A stretch of 64,000 bases of DNA from Oligoflexia bacterium (GTDB taxonomy: Bacteria; Bdellovibrionota; UBA1018), in contig JAMPXJ010000012.1 of the NCBI GenBank assembly GCA_023701205.1, positions 8,797-72,796 of the forward strand. Reading direction: 5' to 3'. The position numbers and the translations under genes were made by a program. The notes under the pieces are model-generated. The model was not told the DNA's origin, did not search any database, and worked only from the letters and a program-made list of their open reading frames with translations. This document shows positions 27,522 through 37,100 of the stretch, one piece after another; positions within the stretch are counted from its first letter, which is position 1, and each line of letters starts with the position of its first letter.

Positions 27522-28457
27522 TCACATGGCGACCTGTATCCCGGCCGAGCCGTAGAACTCGGTCGCGATGTGGTAGTGGGCGTAATTGAGGGTCTCCTGC
27601 AGAAGCGGCGCGCCCGCTTCCAGGGCGAGGCTCGTCCCTGCGATCCCGAGCGGCAGGGTGGATTTCGCCAGGAATGTCAGGTCCCAGCTCGTCTGCGGAT
27701 GATAGTAATACTCGGTGAAAAGGTTGCGTCCGATCGTGGGATCCATTCCCTCGATAGCGCCCTTGGCCTTCGCGCTGAAGCGCAGGCTCGAGACCAGATG
27801 GCTGCCGATCAGGCTGTACTCGGTCCAGAGGTTGCCGGAATATTCGTTTCCGAAGCGATAACGGTTCTTGTTATCCGCGATCCGCAGGATCGCCTGGGCG
27901 CGGACGCCGTGGGTGAAGCGTCCGCTCGAGAAGAGATAGGTCGCCGCGGTGATCGGATCCACCGTGCCGGAGCCGATCTGCAGATTGTACCCCAGGTGCG
28001 TGGAAGGGTCGCGGGAGCTCGAGGCATCGATGGAACCGGTGGGCAGGGAGATGCCGGTCTCGAGTGCGAGCAGGTGGCCCTGCGAATACAGTACCGGCGC
28101 GCGCAGCACCAGCCGCGTGTCGGCCACGCCCCGGATCGTGTCGCTGAAGGACACACCGGTCTTGGTTACGGTTTCGAGATAGGCGCGGGTATATGAAGCC
28201 GTGGCGACCACGCTGAGCGCGGGAATGATCGTATAGGTCGCGGTCAGCACCTGAAGGTTGGCCGAGGCATCCTTGAAGCCGAACAGATCGTCGACGGCCC
28301 AGCGGCGTCCTTGGGCCTCGTAATAATAGCTCTTCAGCGAAAGCGAGAGCTTCGGCTGAACGGGGGCGCCTTGCGAGGTGTTTGAGCCGGTTTCGCAGTA
28401 AGCGGGAATGGATGCGAACAGGAAGAGTGCCAACGATACGTGAAGGAAGACGGTCAT
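27522..28457 (-). CDS. Outer-membrane beta-barrel protein (MetA/phenol-pathway-like 'transporter')
   Basis: Signal peptide; GISLPTG, LQIGSGT and YRFGNE motifs; alternating beta strands. Confidence 0.7.
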   Translation of the reverse strand: MTVFLHVSLALFLFASIPAYCETGSNTSQGAPVQPKLSLSLKSYYYEAQGRRWAVDDLFGFKDASANLQVLTATYTIIPALSVVATASYTRAYLETVTKTGVSFSDTIRGVADTRLVLRAPVLYSQGHLLALETGISLPTGSIDASSSRDPSTHLGYNLQIGSGTVDPITAATYLFSSGRFTHGVRAQAILRIADNKNRYRFGNEYSGNLWTEYSLIGSHLVSSLRFSAKAKGAIEGMDPTIGRNLFTEYYYHPQTSWDLTFLAKSTLPLGIAGTSLALEAGAPLLQETLNYAHYHIATEFYGSAGIQVAM

Positions 28458-28593
28458 GGGCGGATGGCTAGCACGTGTATTCGCGCGCAAAAAAGCGAAA
28501 TCCTCCGATGCAGGGGGTTAGGCTGGGCGCGCCCCGGGGAGGCATGGTAGGATTCCGGGAGATGACCGTAAGCATTGGCGCAGGAGGCCTCTC

Positions 28594-29865
28594 ATGACGC
28601 AAGTCGCATGGATCGATCTCATCGCAACCGTCACCTTCGCGGCGGCGATCCTGCATACCTTTCTCGTGAAACGCCTGCATGAGCTCGCGGATCGGTATCC
28701 CGCGGGATCGGTCGGGGAGAACGCCTTTCATCTTCTGGGCGAGATCGAAGTGGTATTCGGGCTTTGGGCGGGAATCTATCTCCTCGCCCGAACGTTGCTC
28801 GAGGGCGTCGCTTCGAGCATCCACTACCTGGAAGAGCGCAATTTTCTCGAGCCCGCGTTCGTTTTCGTGATCATGACCGTCTGTTCCACGCGCCCGATCC
28901 TGAAGTTCGCCGAGGCCGCCGTGGGAGTCGCCGCCCGGGTGCTTCCCTTCAAACGGCCGGTCTCTTTCTACCTGGTCGCGCTGGTGCTCGGCCCGTTGCT
29001 GGGCAGTCTGATCACCGAGCCCGCCGCGATGACGGTCACCGCGCTGATCCTCCTGGATCGCTATTACTCGAAGCGCCTGTCGGCCGGCCTGATGTATGCC
29101 ACGCTCGGGCTGCTTTTCGTGAATATCTCCATCGGCGGAACGCTGACGCCGTTCGCGGCGCCTCCGGTTCTTATGGTGGCTTCGAAATGGGACTGGGATC
29201 TCCTTTTCATGTTGAGCAACTTCGGCTGGAAAGCCGTGCTCGCCATTCTCGCGTCCACGGGCGCCGTTACGTATGTTTTCCGGGCCGAGCTCAGGAATCT
29301 TGCCTGGAACGAGCGGAAGATCGCCGACGGGATGCCTCCCGCCTGGGTGGTGATGGTGCATCTTTTTTTCCTGGCGGCGATCGTGGCCACCTCGCATTAC
29401 CTGGTGGTGTTCGTGGGCTTGTTCCTCTTTTTTCTCGGCATGGCGGCCGTCACGCGCGAATACCAGGCGGATCTCAAGCTTCGCGAGGGGCTATTGGTCG
29501 GCTTCTTTCTCGGTGGGCTGGTGGTCCTGGGGGGGCCTCAGCGCTGGTGGCTGGAACCTTTGCTGACCCGGCTCGACGACCTCGCGCTTTACCTCGGTGC
29601 CGCCGGCCTGACCGCGTTTACCGATAACGCCGCGCTGACCTATCTGGGCTCGCAGGTGCCGACGCTTTCGGAATCCTCCCGTTATTCGCTGGTGGCGGGC
29701 GCGGTAGTAGGCGGGGGCCTCACCGTGATTGCCAATGCGCCCAACCCCGCGGGGTACGGGATCCTCAACGGAGCCTTCGGCGAGGACGGCATCAGTCCGC
29801 TGATGCTCTTTCTCTATGCCTTGCCGCCGACGCTTTGCGCGGCCGTGGTCTTCTGGGTTCTCTGA
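28594..29865 (+). CDS. Putative Na+/H+ antiporter (DUF1504-like)
   Basis: FHLLGEIEVVFGLW, GSLITEPAAMT, TDNAALTYLG, GGGLTVIANAPNPAG. Confidence 0.85.
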   Translation: MTQVAWIDLIATVTFAAAILHTFLVKRLHELADRYPAGSVGENAFHLLGEIEVVFGLWAGIYLLARTLLEGVASSIHYLEERNFLEPAFVFVIMTVCSTRPILKFAEAAVGVAARVLPFKRPVSFYLVALVLGPLLGSLITEPAAMTVTALILLDRYYSKRLSAGLMYATLGLLFVNISIGGTLTPFAAPPVLMVASKWDWDLLFMLSNFGWKAVLAILASTGAVTYVFRAELRNLAWNERKIADGMPPAWVVMVHLFFLAAIVATSHYLVVFVGLFLFFLGMAAVTREYQADLKLREGLLVGFFLGGLVVLGGPQRWWLEPLLTRLDDLALYLGAAGLTAFTDNAALTYLGSQVPTLSESSRYSLVAGAVVGGGLTVIANAPNPAGYGILNGAFGEDGISPLMLFLYALPPTLCAAVVFWVL

Positions 29866-29871
29866 GGAGCG

Positions 29872-31350
29872 TCAGCCCTCGATCAGCTTGCGGCTCCGGA
29901 GCAGATCCACCGCCGCGTCGTTGGCATAGACGCTCGGGACGAAGTTGATGAACGAGGCCAGATGCTTCATCAAGGCGTTCTCTCGTTCTACGAGGAGCGT
30001 CGGCTTGCCGGTGCGCGAAACGACCTTGATCGGATCGCGCTCCCGGTACAGGTGTTCGCGCCCGCGCTTCCTGACGATCTGCTTCATGGGGCGGGTGAAG
30101 ACCACGTCTCTTTCCGGAATGTCGGCCAGAAGCCACTCTTTGCCGCTTCCATCCTTCTCCAGCACGCGCTCGAATTGCGCCACCAAGGCACGGATTCGCG
30201 CGATCAGGCGTTCCTTCTCGCGCTCGTCGGCGTCGGAGCGAAGCAGCCGGTGCTCGAAAAGCGGATGTCGCAGGGTACGCGGCGGCCGTCGGAAAAGCAG
30301 CATTCCCGTGAGCTCGGCGATCCGTGGATCCTTGATCAGGTCCAGCTCGCGAAGCTCCTGGCAGCGGGTCATGAAGTAGGTGTCGTTCCACCAGAAAAAG
30401 CGCTCGTCGCCTTCCTGGACCATCTGAAGCAGGTCCTGGAACTGGTGGATCAGGTCTTCCTCCAGAAAGGCCTCGGCCACGTGCGAGGACATGATGTCGA
30501 ACTTGGCCGAGCCCTGGTTCTTGATCACCTGGCTGTACCAGCTGAAGCGCGCGATCAGGAAATCCTCGACCGCGTGCAAAGCGCTCTCGCGCACACCGAA
30601 GCCCAGCTGACCGGCGCCGGCATCGTAAGTGACGAGGTTGGCCAGGACGTACTCCCGGTCGAACTGGCCATATTTGATTCCCGTGTAATGGCCGTCTCGC
30701 ATGAGGTAGTCCATGCGATCCGCGTCCAGGTCCGAGTGCATCAGCATATTGGCGACGAGATACGGGGAATCGCCCTTGATGATCTTGGAGATCATCTGGA
30801 CGTCGAAGCCGAAATCCTCGAGGATCCGGGTCAGGCCGCCCTCGTACGACGTGTTTTTGATGATGAACGAGCCCAGGTGCTCGTGCGAGTTGGGCAGAGC
30901 CTTGAGGGCGCGCGCCGAGGCCGCATTGGCCTTCTGGTCCGGCCGGCTCCGGGTGTCGTTGCCATGCCGGATATAGGCGTACTCGATGGCATGCGAGAAG
31001 GGAAAGGTCCCGATATCGTGCAGCAGCGCGGAGATCCTCAGGCTCTTGTGCAGCATCGCCTCGGGGCTTCGGGCGCGAGGATCGAAAAGCTCCGACTCAG
31101 GCACGGCCAGTCCCAGCGCGCGGAGCATCTGTTCCATCGAATGCATCACGCCGATCGCGTGCGCGAAGCGGTTATGCTCGGCGCCCGGAAAGATGTAGTT
31201 GGCGAAGCCCAGCTGCTTGATCCAGCGCAGGCGCTGGAAAAAAGGCGAGTTGATGATCTGCTCTTCCCATTCCGTGATCGGCACGAAGCCATACATCACG
31301 TCATAGATCGCCCGGGCGTGGCGGCCCTGCAGGTCCTTCGGGCTGATCAA
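29872..31350 (-). CDS. HD-domain phosphohydrolase, SAMHD1/dNTP triphosphohydrolase-like
   Basis: FQRLRWIKQLG, HNRFAHAIG, LLHDIGTFPFSH, DADRMDYLMRD; TTG start 1 nt after the thrS stop. Confidence 0.88.
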   Translation of the reverse strand: MISPKDLQGRHARAIYDVMYGFVPITEWEEQIINSPFFQRLRWIKQLGFANYIFPGAEHNRFAHAIGVMHSMEQMLRALGLAVPESELFDPRARSPEAMLHKSLRISALLHDIGTFPFSHAIEYAYIRHGNDTRSRPDQKANAASARALKALPNSHEHLGSFIIKNTSYEGGLTRILEDFGFDVQMISKIIKGDSPYLVANMLMHSDLDADRMDYLMRDGHYTGIKYGQFDREYVLANLVTYDAGAGQLGFGVRESALHAVEDFLIARFSWYSQVIKNQGSAKFDIMSSHVAEAFLEEDLIHQFQDLLQMVQEGDERFFWWNDTYFMTRCQELRELDLIKDPRIAELTGMLLFRRPPRTLRHPLFEHRLLRSDADEREKERLIARIRALVAQFERVLEKDGSGKEWLLADIPERDVVFTRPMKQIVRKRGREHLYRERDPIKVVSRTGKPTLLVERENALMKHLASFINFVPSVYANDAAVDLLRSRKLIEG

Positions 31351-31351
31351 G

Positions 31352-33142
31352 CTACGCTTTCCTCGGCTGGCGCGGAATCGACTCAAGCTCCGCGAACATG
31401 GTCAGCAGCTCGTCCTGGGTCATCACTTTCGACTCGCGCTCGCCGTACTTGCGCACGGCGAACTGGTTGCCCTGCATCTCGCGGTCGCCCGCGACCAGCG
31501 AGAAGGGGATCTTGGCCGTCTGCGCTTCGCGGGTCTTGAGACCCATGGATTCGTTGCGGTCATCCAGGTCGACCCGATAGCCCACTCCCTTGAGCTTCGA
31601 CAGGAACTCCGCGCAGTAGGCGTTGTGGGAATCCTTGATCGGCACCAGCCGCGCCTGCACCGGAGCGAGCCAGAACGGGAACGCGCCGCCGAGGTGCTCG
31701 GTGAGCACGCCGATGAAGCGCTCGAGCGATCCCAGCACCGCGCGGTGGACCATGACCGGGCGCTGAGCCGTGTTGTCAGCCGCGGTGTAAGTCAGGTCGA
31801 AGCGCTCAGGCAGGTTGAAATCGAGCTGGATCGTCGAAAGCTGCCACGGGCGCTTGAGCGCGTCCTTGACGATGAAGTCGATCTTCGGCCCGTAAAACGC
31901 GCCGTCGCCGGGGTTGATCTTGTAGGGGCGGCCGAGCTTGTCGAGTGTTGCCCGCAGGCCGGCTTCGGCCTTGTCCCAGAGCGCGTCCGAGCCGACGCGC
32001 TTCTCGGGCCGGGTGGAGAGGAAGATCTGCATGTCCGAAAAGCCGAAGAGGTCGAGCGTCCGGAAGACCATTTCCACGACCTTGAGGATCTCGGTCTCGA
32101 TCTGCTCGGGCGTACAGAAGACGTGCGCATCGTCCTGGCAGAAGGTCCGCACGCGAGTGAGTCCGTGGGTGACCCCGGATTTCTCGTAGCGATGCAGGCG
32201 GCCGAAGTCCGCGTACCGAAGCGGCAGGTCGCGGTAGGAGTGCTTGAGCGTGCCGAAAAGGACGCAGTGGCTCGGGCAGTTCATGGGCTTCAGCCCGTAC
32301 TCGCGGTCCTCGACCTTCGTGAAATACATGCTCTCGACGTAATTGTCGTAGTGGCCCGAGGTTTTCCAAAGCGACACGTCCATCACTTGAGGCGTGATCA
32401 CCTCGGAGTACTCGTAGGGGACATAGAGATCCCGGATGTACTGGATGAGGCGGTTATAGACGATTGCCCCCTTGGGGTAGAAGAAAGGCGAGGCCGGGGA
32501 TTCCGGCAGGAAGGTGAAGAGCTCCAGCTCCTTGCCTAGCTTCCGATGGTCGCGTTTTTTGGCCTCTTCGAGCAGGTGCAGATACTCGTCGAGCTCGGCT
32601 TTGGAAGTGAAGGCCGTGCCGTAGATCCGCTGGAGCTGGGGGTTTTTCTCGTTGCCGCGCCAGTAGGCGCCGGCAAGCGAGAGGAGCTTGAACGCCTTGA
32701 TGTCGCCGGTTTTCTTCACGTGGGGGCCGCGACACAGATCGACGAAGTCTCCCTCTTTATAAGAGCTGACCGTCGTGGCTCCGGTGCTGTCGCGCAAGGT
32801 CTCGATGATCTCGATCTTGAACGGCTGGTTGAGATTCCCGAAAAGCGACAGCCCCTCTGCGATCGAATGCTCGGCCCGAACGAACTCCTGGTTGGCTTTG
32901 ATGAGCTTCGCCATCTCAGCTTCGATCCGGGGAAGATCCTCGGGCGTGAGCTTCACGTCGAGATCGACGTCGTAGAAAAAGCCGTTCTCGACGGTCGGTC
33001 CGATGCCGAACTTGGCCTGCGGCCAAAGACGCTGGATGGCGTGGGCCATGACGTGCGCGCAGGAATGGCGCATCGTATCCACCTCGGAGTGGATTTCCGG
33101 TTCCTCGAAATCAGCAACGCTCGCGGGATTCTCTTTAGCCAT
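31352..33142 (-). CDS. thrS: Threonine--tRNA ligase (no N-terminal TGS domain)
   Basis: RHSCAHVMA, DLCRGPH, KPMNCP, AFYGPK, HRAVLGSLERF. Confidence 0.98.
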   Translation of the reverse strand: MAKENPASVADFEEPEIHSEVDTMRHSCAHVMAHAIQRLWPQAKFGIGPTVENGFFYDVDLDVKLTPEDLPRIEAEMAKLIKANQEFVRAEHSIAEGLSLFGNLNQPFKIEIIETLRDSTGATTVSSYKEGDFVDLCRGPHVKKTGDIKAFKLLSLAGAYWRGNEKNPQLQRIYGTAFTSKAELDEYLHLLEEAKKRDHRKLGKELELFTFLPESPASPFFYPKGAIVYNRLIQYIRDLYVPYEYSEVITPQVMDVSLWKTSGHYDNYVESMYFTKVEDREYGLKPMNCPSHCVLFGTLKHSYRDLPLRYADFGRLHRYEKSGVTHGLTRVRTFCQDDAHVFCTPEQIETEILKVVEMVFRTLDLFGFSDMQIFLSTRPEKRVGSDALWDKAEAGLRATLDKLGRPYKINPGDGAFYGPKIDFIVKDALKRPWQLSTIQLDFNLPERFDLTYTAADNTAQRPVMVHRAVLGSLERFIGVLTEHLGGAFPFWLAPVQARLVPIKDSHNAYCAEFLSKLKGVGYRVDLDDRNESMGLKTREAQTAKIPFSLVAGDREMQGNQFAVRKYGERESKVMTQDELLTMFAELESIPRQPRKA

Positions 33143-33339
33143 AGATTCGGCGAACTTAACACGAAGAATCGCCCCGAAGCAAACCTCGCCTGCGCTCCGG
33201 TTCATCCGGCGTCCGAAAAACCTCGGCGAGAACCACGACCCAAGCTGAAAACCTCCTCATTTGCAGTGGAGCTGGTCCGCCAATTGCTCTCCCGCCGCGG
33301 TGCGGCTGCATGCCGAATATCCTGGGGAGAGCAAAGGCA

Positions 33340-34668
33340 ATGAGAATTTTAGGTGTCGGGTTGGTATTGGTGACGATGACGATCGCAATGGCCGGGTGCT
33401 TGGTGGGAGGGAAGAAAGGAGGATCAACTCGCAATCCCAGCGAGGCTCCCGCTGGCGATTCCCGAGAAATCGATTTCCGGAAGTTCGGACTTCGGGTGCT
33501 TCCGGCCGGGGACGATCCGCATGTCCCGTCCGGAAATGGGGCAGCAGACGCGCTGGCTGATGTCTCGGTCGCAGCGGGGGAGATCACTTTCAAAAAGAGC
33601 ATCGCACTGCCGGAGCCAGGCAAGTCACGCCTCTTTCTTGTCTGGGATGAGGATGCCCTTGGTTCCAGCATCCACAATGCCCATTATACTCACCGGATCC
33701 TGGATTCCCGGAATCGCCCGAAAGGGGAGCCTTCGCGCGAGGGGGTTTCCTATGATTCCACCCATCGGCGCTGGTTCATTCCGCTCGCCGCCCTTCTTCC
33801 CGGCGGAGAGATGGATGCGGATCCAGCGGATTCCCAGCTGCTTACGCTCGATCTGCAGCACTCCGACGGGCGCAGGACGCAAGTCGAGCTGCGGTTCAAG
33901 CTGGTGGGTCCTTTACCCCTGATTCAGAGCCGCATCAGAGTCGAAAGCATTCAGGGGACTGCCAAGCAATGGATGAAGGAGATTGCAAGTGCTGGCTGGG
34001 TGCTGGCGACGGAGGAGTTTCGGAATCCTTCCCAGCGGGCGGTCGAGCTTTGGCTGCGGAAGGATGGCGCGAACCGGTTTGACGTAATTTCCACTTTGGC
34101 GAATTCCTTTCATACCCAGGTGGGCAATGCGCCGCCCTCAGGGCCCTTCGTCAGGGACTTCTGGTCAAAAGGAGCGCTCTTCCTGACGGCCGCACGGATT
34201 CTGCGGAGCGAAGGTGCGGAGGAGCTGGCGCTGGCCACCGGTGAGCGCTCCTGGATCCGGGTGCTGCTGCGGCCTCAGGAGCGGATCGCGGTCGAATGGA
34301 AGGTGAGCGCGCTTCCTGATGCGACGGTTTGCCCTTGGCCCGTCGGAGAGGATCGCCTGTTTTCCTGGACGGTGATCCAGCATTCTACGAGGCCTTGTCC
34401 TGGAGGCTCCTGCACGATCAACTGGGATCAGCTCATACCCGTGAGCCAGGTCATGCGCGAGGGATGGGCTTACGAAGGCGTTCGCTTGGAAGGGACCCTC
34501 TCGCGAGAAGCGATGGTTTCGGAAGTTTCGCTTTCCTCAGAGGAGGTTCATGCCGGCCGGGGTTCCTTGAAGCTTGCTCCGCTCAGTGTGCCGGTGGGTC
34601 TCGGTGCTGAGCGCGCGATGCAGGAGTTCCCTGAAGATCAGGCCTGGAGCTGCATGGGTTTGTTTTGA
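33340..34668 (+). CDS. Hypothetical lipoprotein
   Basis: Hydrophobic signal with lipobox MAGC; long ORF filling the gap between thrS and rimI. Confidence 0.7.
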   Translation: MRILGVGLVLVTMTIAMAGCLVGGKKGGSTRNPSEAPAGDSREIDFRKFGLRVLPAGDDPHVPSGNGAADALADVSVAAGEITFKKSIALPEPGKSRLFLVWDEDALGSSIHNAHYTHRILDSRNRPKGEPSREGVSYDSTHRRWFIPLAALLPGGEMDADPADSQLLTLDLQHSDGRRTQVELRFKLVGPLPLIQSRIRVESIQGTAKQWMKEIASAGWVLATEEFRNPSQRAVELWLRKDGANRFDVISTLANSFHTQVGNAPPSGPFVRDFWSKGALFLTAARILRSEGAEELALATGERSWIRVLLRPQERIAVEWKVSALPDATVCPWPVGEDRLFSWTVIQHSTRPCPGGSCTINWDQLIPVSQVMREGWAYEGVRLEGTLSREAMVSEVSLSSEEVHAGRGSLKLAPLSVPVGLGAERAMQEFPEDQAWSCMGLF

Positions 34669-34702
34669 CGACAGCCCTCGGGGTATGCGAGAAGGCTGGG
34701 CG

Positions 34703-35182
34703 ATGGAATCCACCTTCAGCCTTCGCCCGGCCGTAGAGGACGACCTTTCCAAGGTCATCGAGATCGAAAACCAGGTTCATGTCGCGCCGTGGACTCTGGA
34801 TCATTTCAAGTCCGAGCTGGAGAAGCCTTACAGCCAGGTTCTGGTGATGACCGATGATGACACCGATTCGATCGTCGCCGGGTATATCGTTTTCTGGGTC
34901 ATGGGAGAGGAGGCGCATATCCTGAATGTGGCCGTCGGTCTGCCGCACCGGAGCAAAGGCATGGCCCGGCAAATGATTCAGCGGGCTGTCTCGACGGCTC
35001 TCGGCAAAGGGTGCAAGAAGGTGATCCTCGAAGTCCGGAAATCCAATATGGCGGCGATCCAGCTCTATCAAAGCGCGAATTTCACGATCGTTCATGTCCG
35101 AAAAGGGGCCTATTCCAATGGCGAAGACGCCTATGAAATGGCCCTGTTTTTGGATGATGAGCAGGCACCCGTTCGCTTTTGA
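34703..35182 (+). CDS. rimI: Ribosomal protein S18 alanine N-acetyltransferase
   Basis: EAHILNVAV, LEVRKSNMAAIQLY, GEDAYEM. Confidence 0.9.
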   Translation: MESTFSLRPAVEDDLSKVIEIENQVHVAPWTLDHFKSELEKPYSQVLVMTDDDTDSIVAGYIVFWVMGEEAHILNVAVGLPHRSKGMARQMIQRAVSTALGKGCKKVILEVRKSNMAAIQLYQSANFTIVHVRKGAYSNGEDAYEMALFLDDEQAPVRF

Positions 35183-35275
35183 GGGGTGATCCGCCGATTC
35201 TAAAGGGATTCTGAAGGTCGGAAAATGCGCCTTTACAATGGGCGGGCCGCCTGGATAAGGTCCCGGCCGCTGTAT

Positions 35276-35962
35276 ATGAGATTTCTTCAGCTGACTTTCA
35301 GACGATCGGTACTCATCGGCTGCTTTGGCATCAGCCTGGTCGCCGGCATGCTGGGAGCCGATCCCTCCGACGATTTCAGCTTCTCGCTCCACTCCCTGGA
35401 GACCGCTTCTTATCGGACAATGTCGGAACACCGGGCCGCTCAAATCCTGGGTGATCGGCTCGACCTCTTCCCGCAGTCAAAGGTTCCGGAGCTCGCGCGC
35501 CATATCGTCTCGTTATGCCAGGAGTTTCAATTCGATCCGGCTTTTATCTTTTCCCTGATCGAGGTGGAGAGCGGATTCCGGATCAGGGTGCATTCTCCGG
35601 CTGGCGCGGTCGGCTTGATGCAGTTGATGCCAGCGACGGCAGCCGTGATATCCCGCGAACGGCGGCCCGAGTACACTCGCCGGCTCGCCACACCCGGTGT
35701 CGGCGAAATGATGCTCACAGATCCCTTTCTCAATACCGAGCTCGGGATCGCTTATCTGGCCTGGCTGCGAGATCGCTACAGGGATCTCTCGCCCTACTAT
35801 CTGGTCGCCGCTTACAATATCGGTCCCGCGAAATTGGATCAGCTTCTCTCGCGAAAAGATTTCAAACCTGTTAATACCAAACGATATTACGAAGCGATCC
35901 GCAAGGGCTTGCCCGGATTCCGTTTTTACCGCTCAAATGCTTCTTTGAGCCGAAAAGCGTAA
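35276..35962 (+). CDS. SLT-domain lytic transglycosylase
   Basis: IEVESGF, GAVGLMQLMPATA, AAYNIG. Confidence 0.92.
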   Translation: MRFLQLTFRRSVLIGCFGISLVAGMLGADPSDDFSFSLHSLETASYRTMSEHRAAQILGDRLDLFPQSKVPELARHIVSLCQEFQFDPAFIFSLIEVESGFRIRVHSPAGAVGLMQLMPATAAVISRERRPEYTRRLATPGVGEMMLTDPFLNTELGIAYLAWLRDRYRDLSPYYLVAAYNIGPAKLDQLLSRKDFKPVNTKRYYEAIRKGLPGFRFYRSNASLSRKA

Positions 35963-36058
35963 TGCCCGGTGGTTTCCAGGGAGGACGCAAGCGCAGCCGA
36001 GAGCCTGGGCATCTGAGTGCCTGAGCATCCGAGCGCCCGCGAAGATTTTGGGGTAATT

Positions 36059-36445
36059 ATGTTCGAACTGAGAGTGAAATTGGATTTCCCGGCGGCTCAC
36101 CATTTGGAGGGCTATCCGGGCGATTGTGCCCGTCCTCACGGACACAATTGGGGTTTGGAGGTCTTCGCGCGATCGACGCGTCTGGATTCGATCGGAATGG
36201 CAATGGACTTCCGGGATCTGAAGGCGGCCGCCAAGGAGCTGGTCGCGCCATGGGATCACCAGGATCTGAATGCTCTGCCGGATTTCAAGGAAATGAACCC
36301 CTCGGCCGAAGCGATCGCGAAGCTCGCTTACGATCGGCTTTCCAGGCGCCTCGATAACGCTCAGACCTGGGTCGAGCGGGTTACGGTTTGGGAAAACGAC
36401 CGCTGCTGGGCCAGCTACTTCGATCCGGAGAAGAGGCGTGCGTAA
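36059..36445 (+). CDS. queD: 6-carboxytetrahydropterin synthase
   Basis: AAHHL, CARPHGHNW, MDF, NPSAE, VWE. Confidence 0.93.
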   Translation: MFELRVKLDFPAAHHLEGYPGDCARPHGHNWGLEVFARSTRLDSIGMAMDFRDLKAAAKELVAPWDHQDLNALPDFKEMNPSAEAIAKLAYDRLSRRLDNAQTWVERVTVWENDRCWASYFDPEKRRA

Positions 36446-37100
36446 GTCTTCGGTCATTCTGCTTTCGGGGGGGCTGGATTCGGCTGCGAACCTGGCTTTT
36501 TGCGCGGAGCGTGACGAGCCGGTACTGGCGCTGACGGTGCTCTACGGCCAACGTTCGGCGGAAAACGAGCTCAGGGCGGCACGGGAGCTCAGCTCCTGCT
36601 ACGGAGTGCGGCACGAGGTGGTCGACCTGCGTTGGCTCGGCGCCTTCGGAGGAAGCGCATTGACGGACGTGCGTCGCGACATCCCGGATCCGGGGGGCGA
36701 GCGGCTTGATGATCTTTCAGTGACACGAAGGACGGCCGCAGCAGTATGGGTACCCAATCGAAACGGAGTCTTCGTCAATGTTGCAGCTGCCTTTGCGGAG
36801 AGGCTCGGAGCCGTGCGGGTGGTGGTCGGCTTCAATCGTGAGGAGGCCGCGACGTTTCCGGACAACTCCGAAGAGTTCCTGAAAGAGACGACGCGCGCGT
36901 TGTCGTTCTCGACCGCCAATCGCGTCGAGCTCTTCTCTTATACTACGCGGATGAATAAACGCGAGATCGTCGCGGCGCTTCGGGGGCTCGCGCGCCCTTT
37001 TCCGTTCGAGAGCATCTGGAGCTGTTATGCCGGCGGCGAACGACCGTGCGGGGCCTGCGAGTCCTGTCGGAGACTCAAACGTGCTTTGGAGGTTTCATGA
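36438..37100 (+). CDS. queC: 7-cyano-7-deazaguanine synthase
   Basis: LLSGGLDS, YGQR, VPNRN, FPD, WSCY..PCGACESC. Confidence 0.95.
   Translation: MRKSSVILLSGGLDSAANLAFCAERDEPVLALTVLYGQRSAENELRAARELSSCYGVRHEVVDLRWLGAFGGSALTDVRRDIPDPGGERLDDLSVTRRTAAAVWVPNRNGVFVNVAAAFAERLGAVRVVVGFNREEAATFPDNSEEFLKETTRALSFSTANRVELFSYTTRMNKREIVAALRGLARPFPFESIWSCYAGGERPCGACESCRRLKRALEVS

Noticed and set aside
29962-31539. 525-aa ORF antisense to the HD-domain gene
   Set aside because: Shadow ORF with no motifs.
31352-33142. ThrRS lacking the TGS domain
   Set aside because: A known variant in many bacteria; editing and catalytic motifs are intact.
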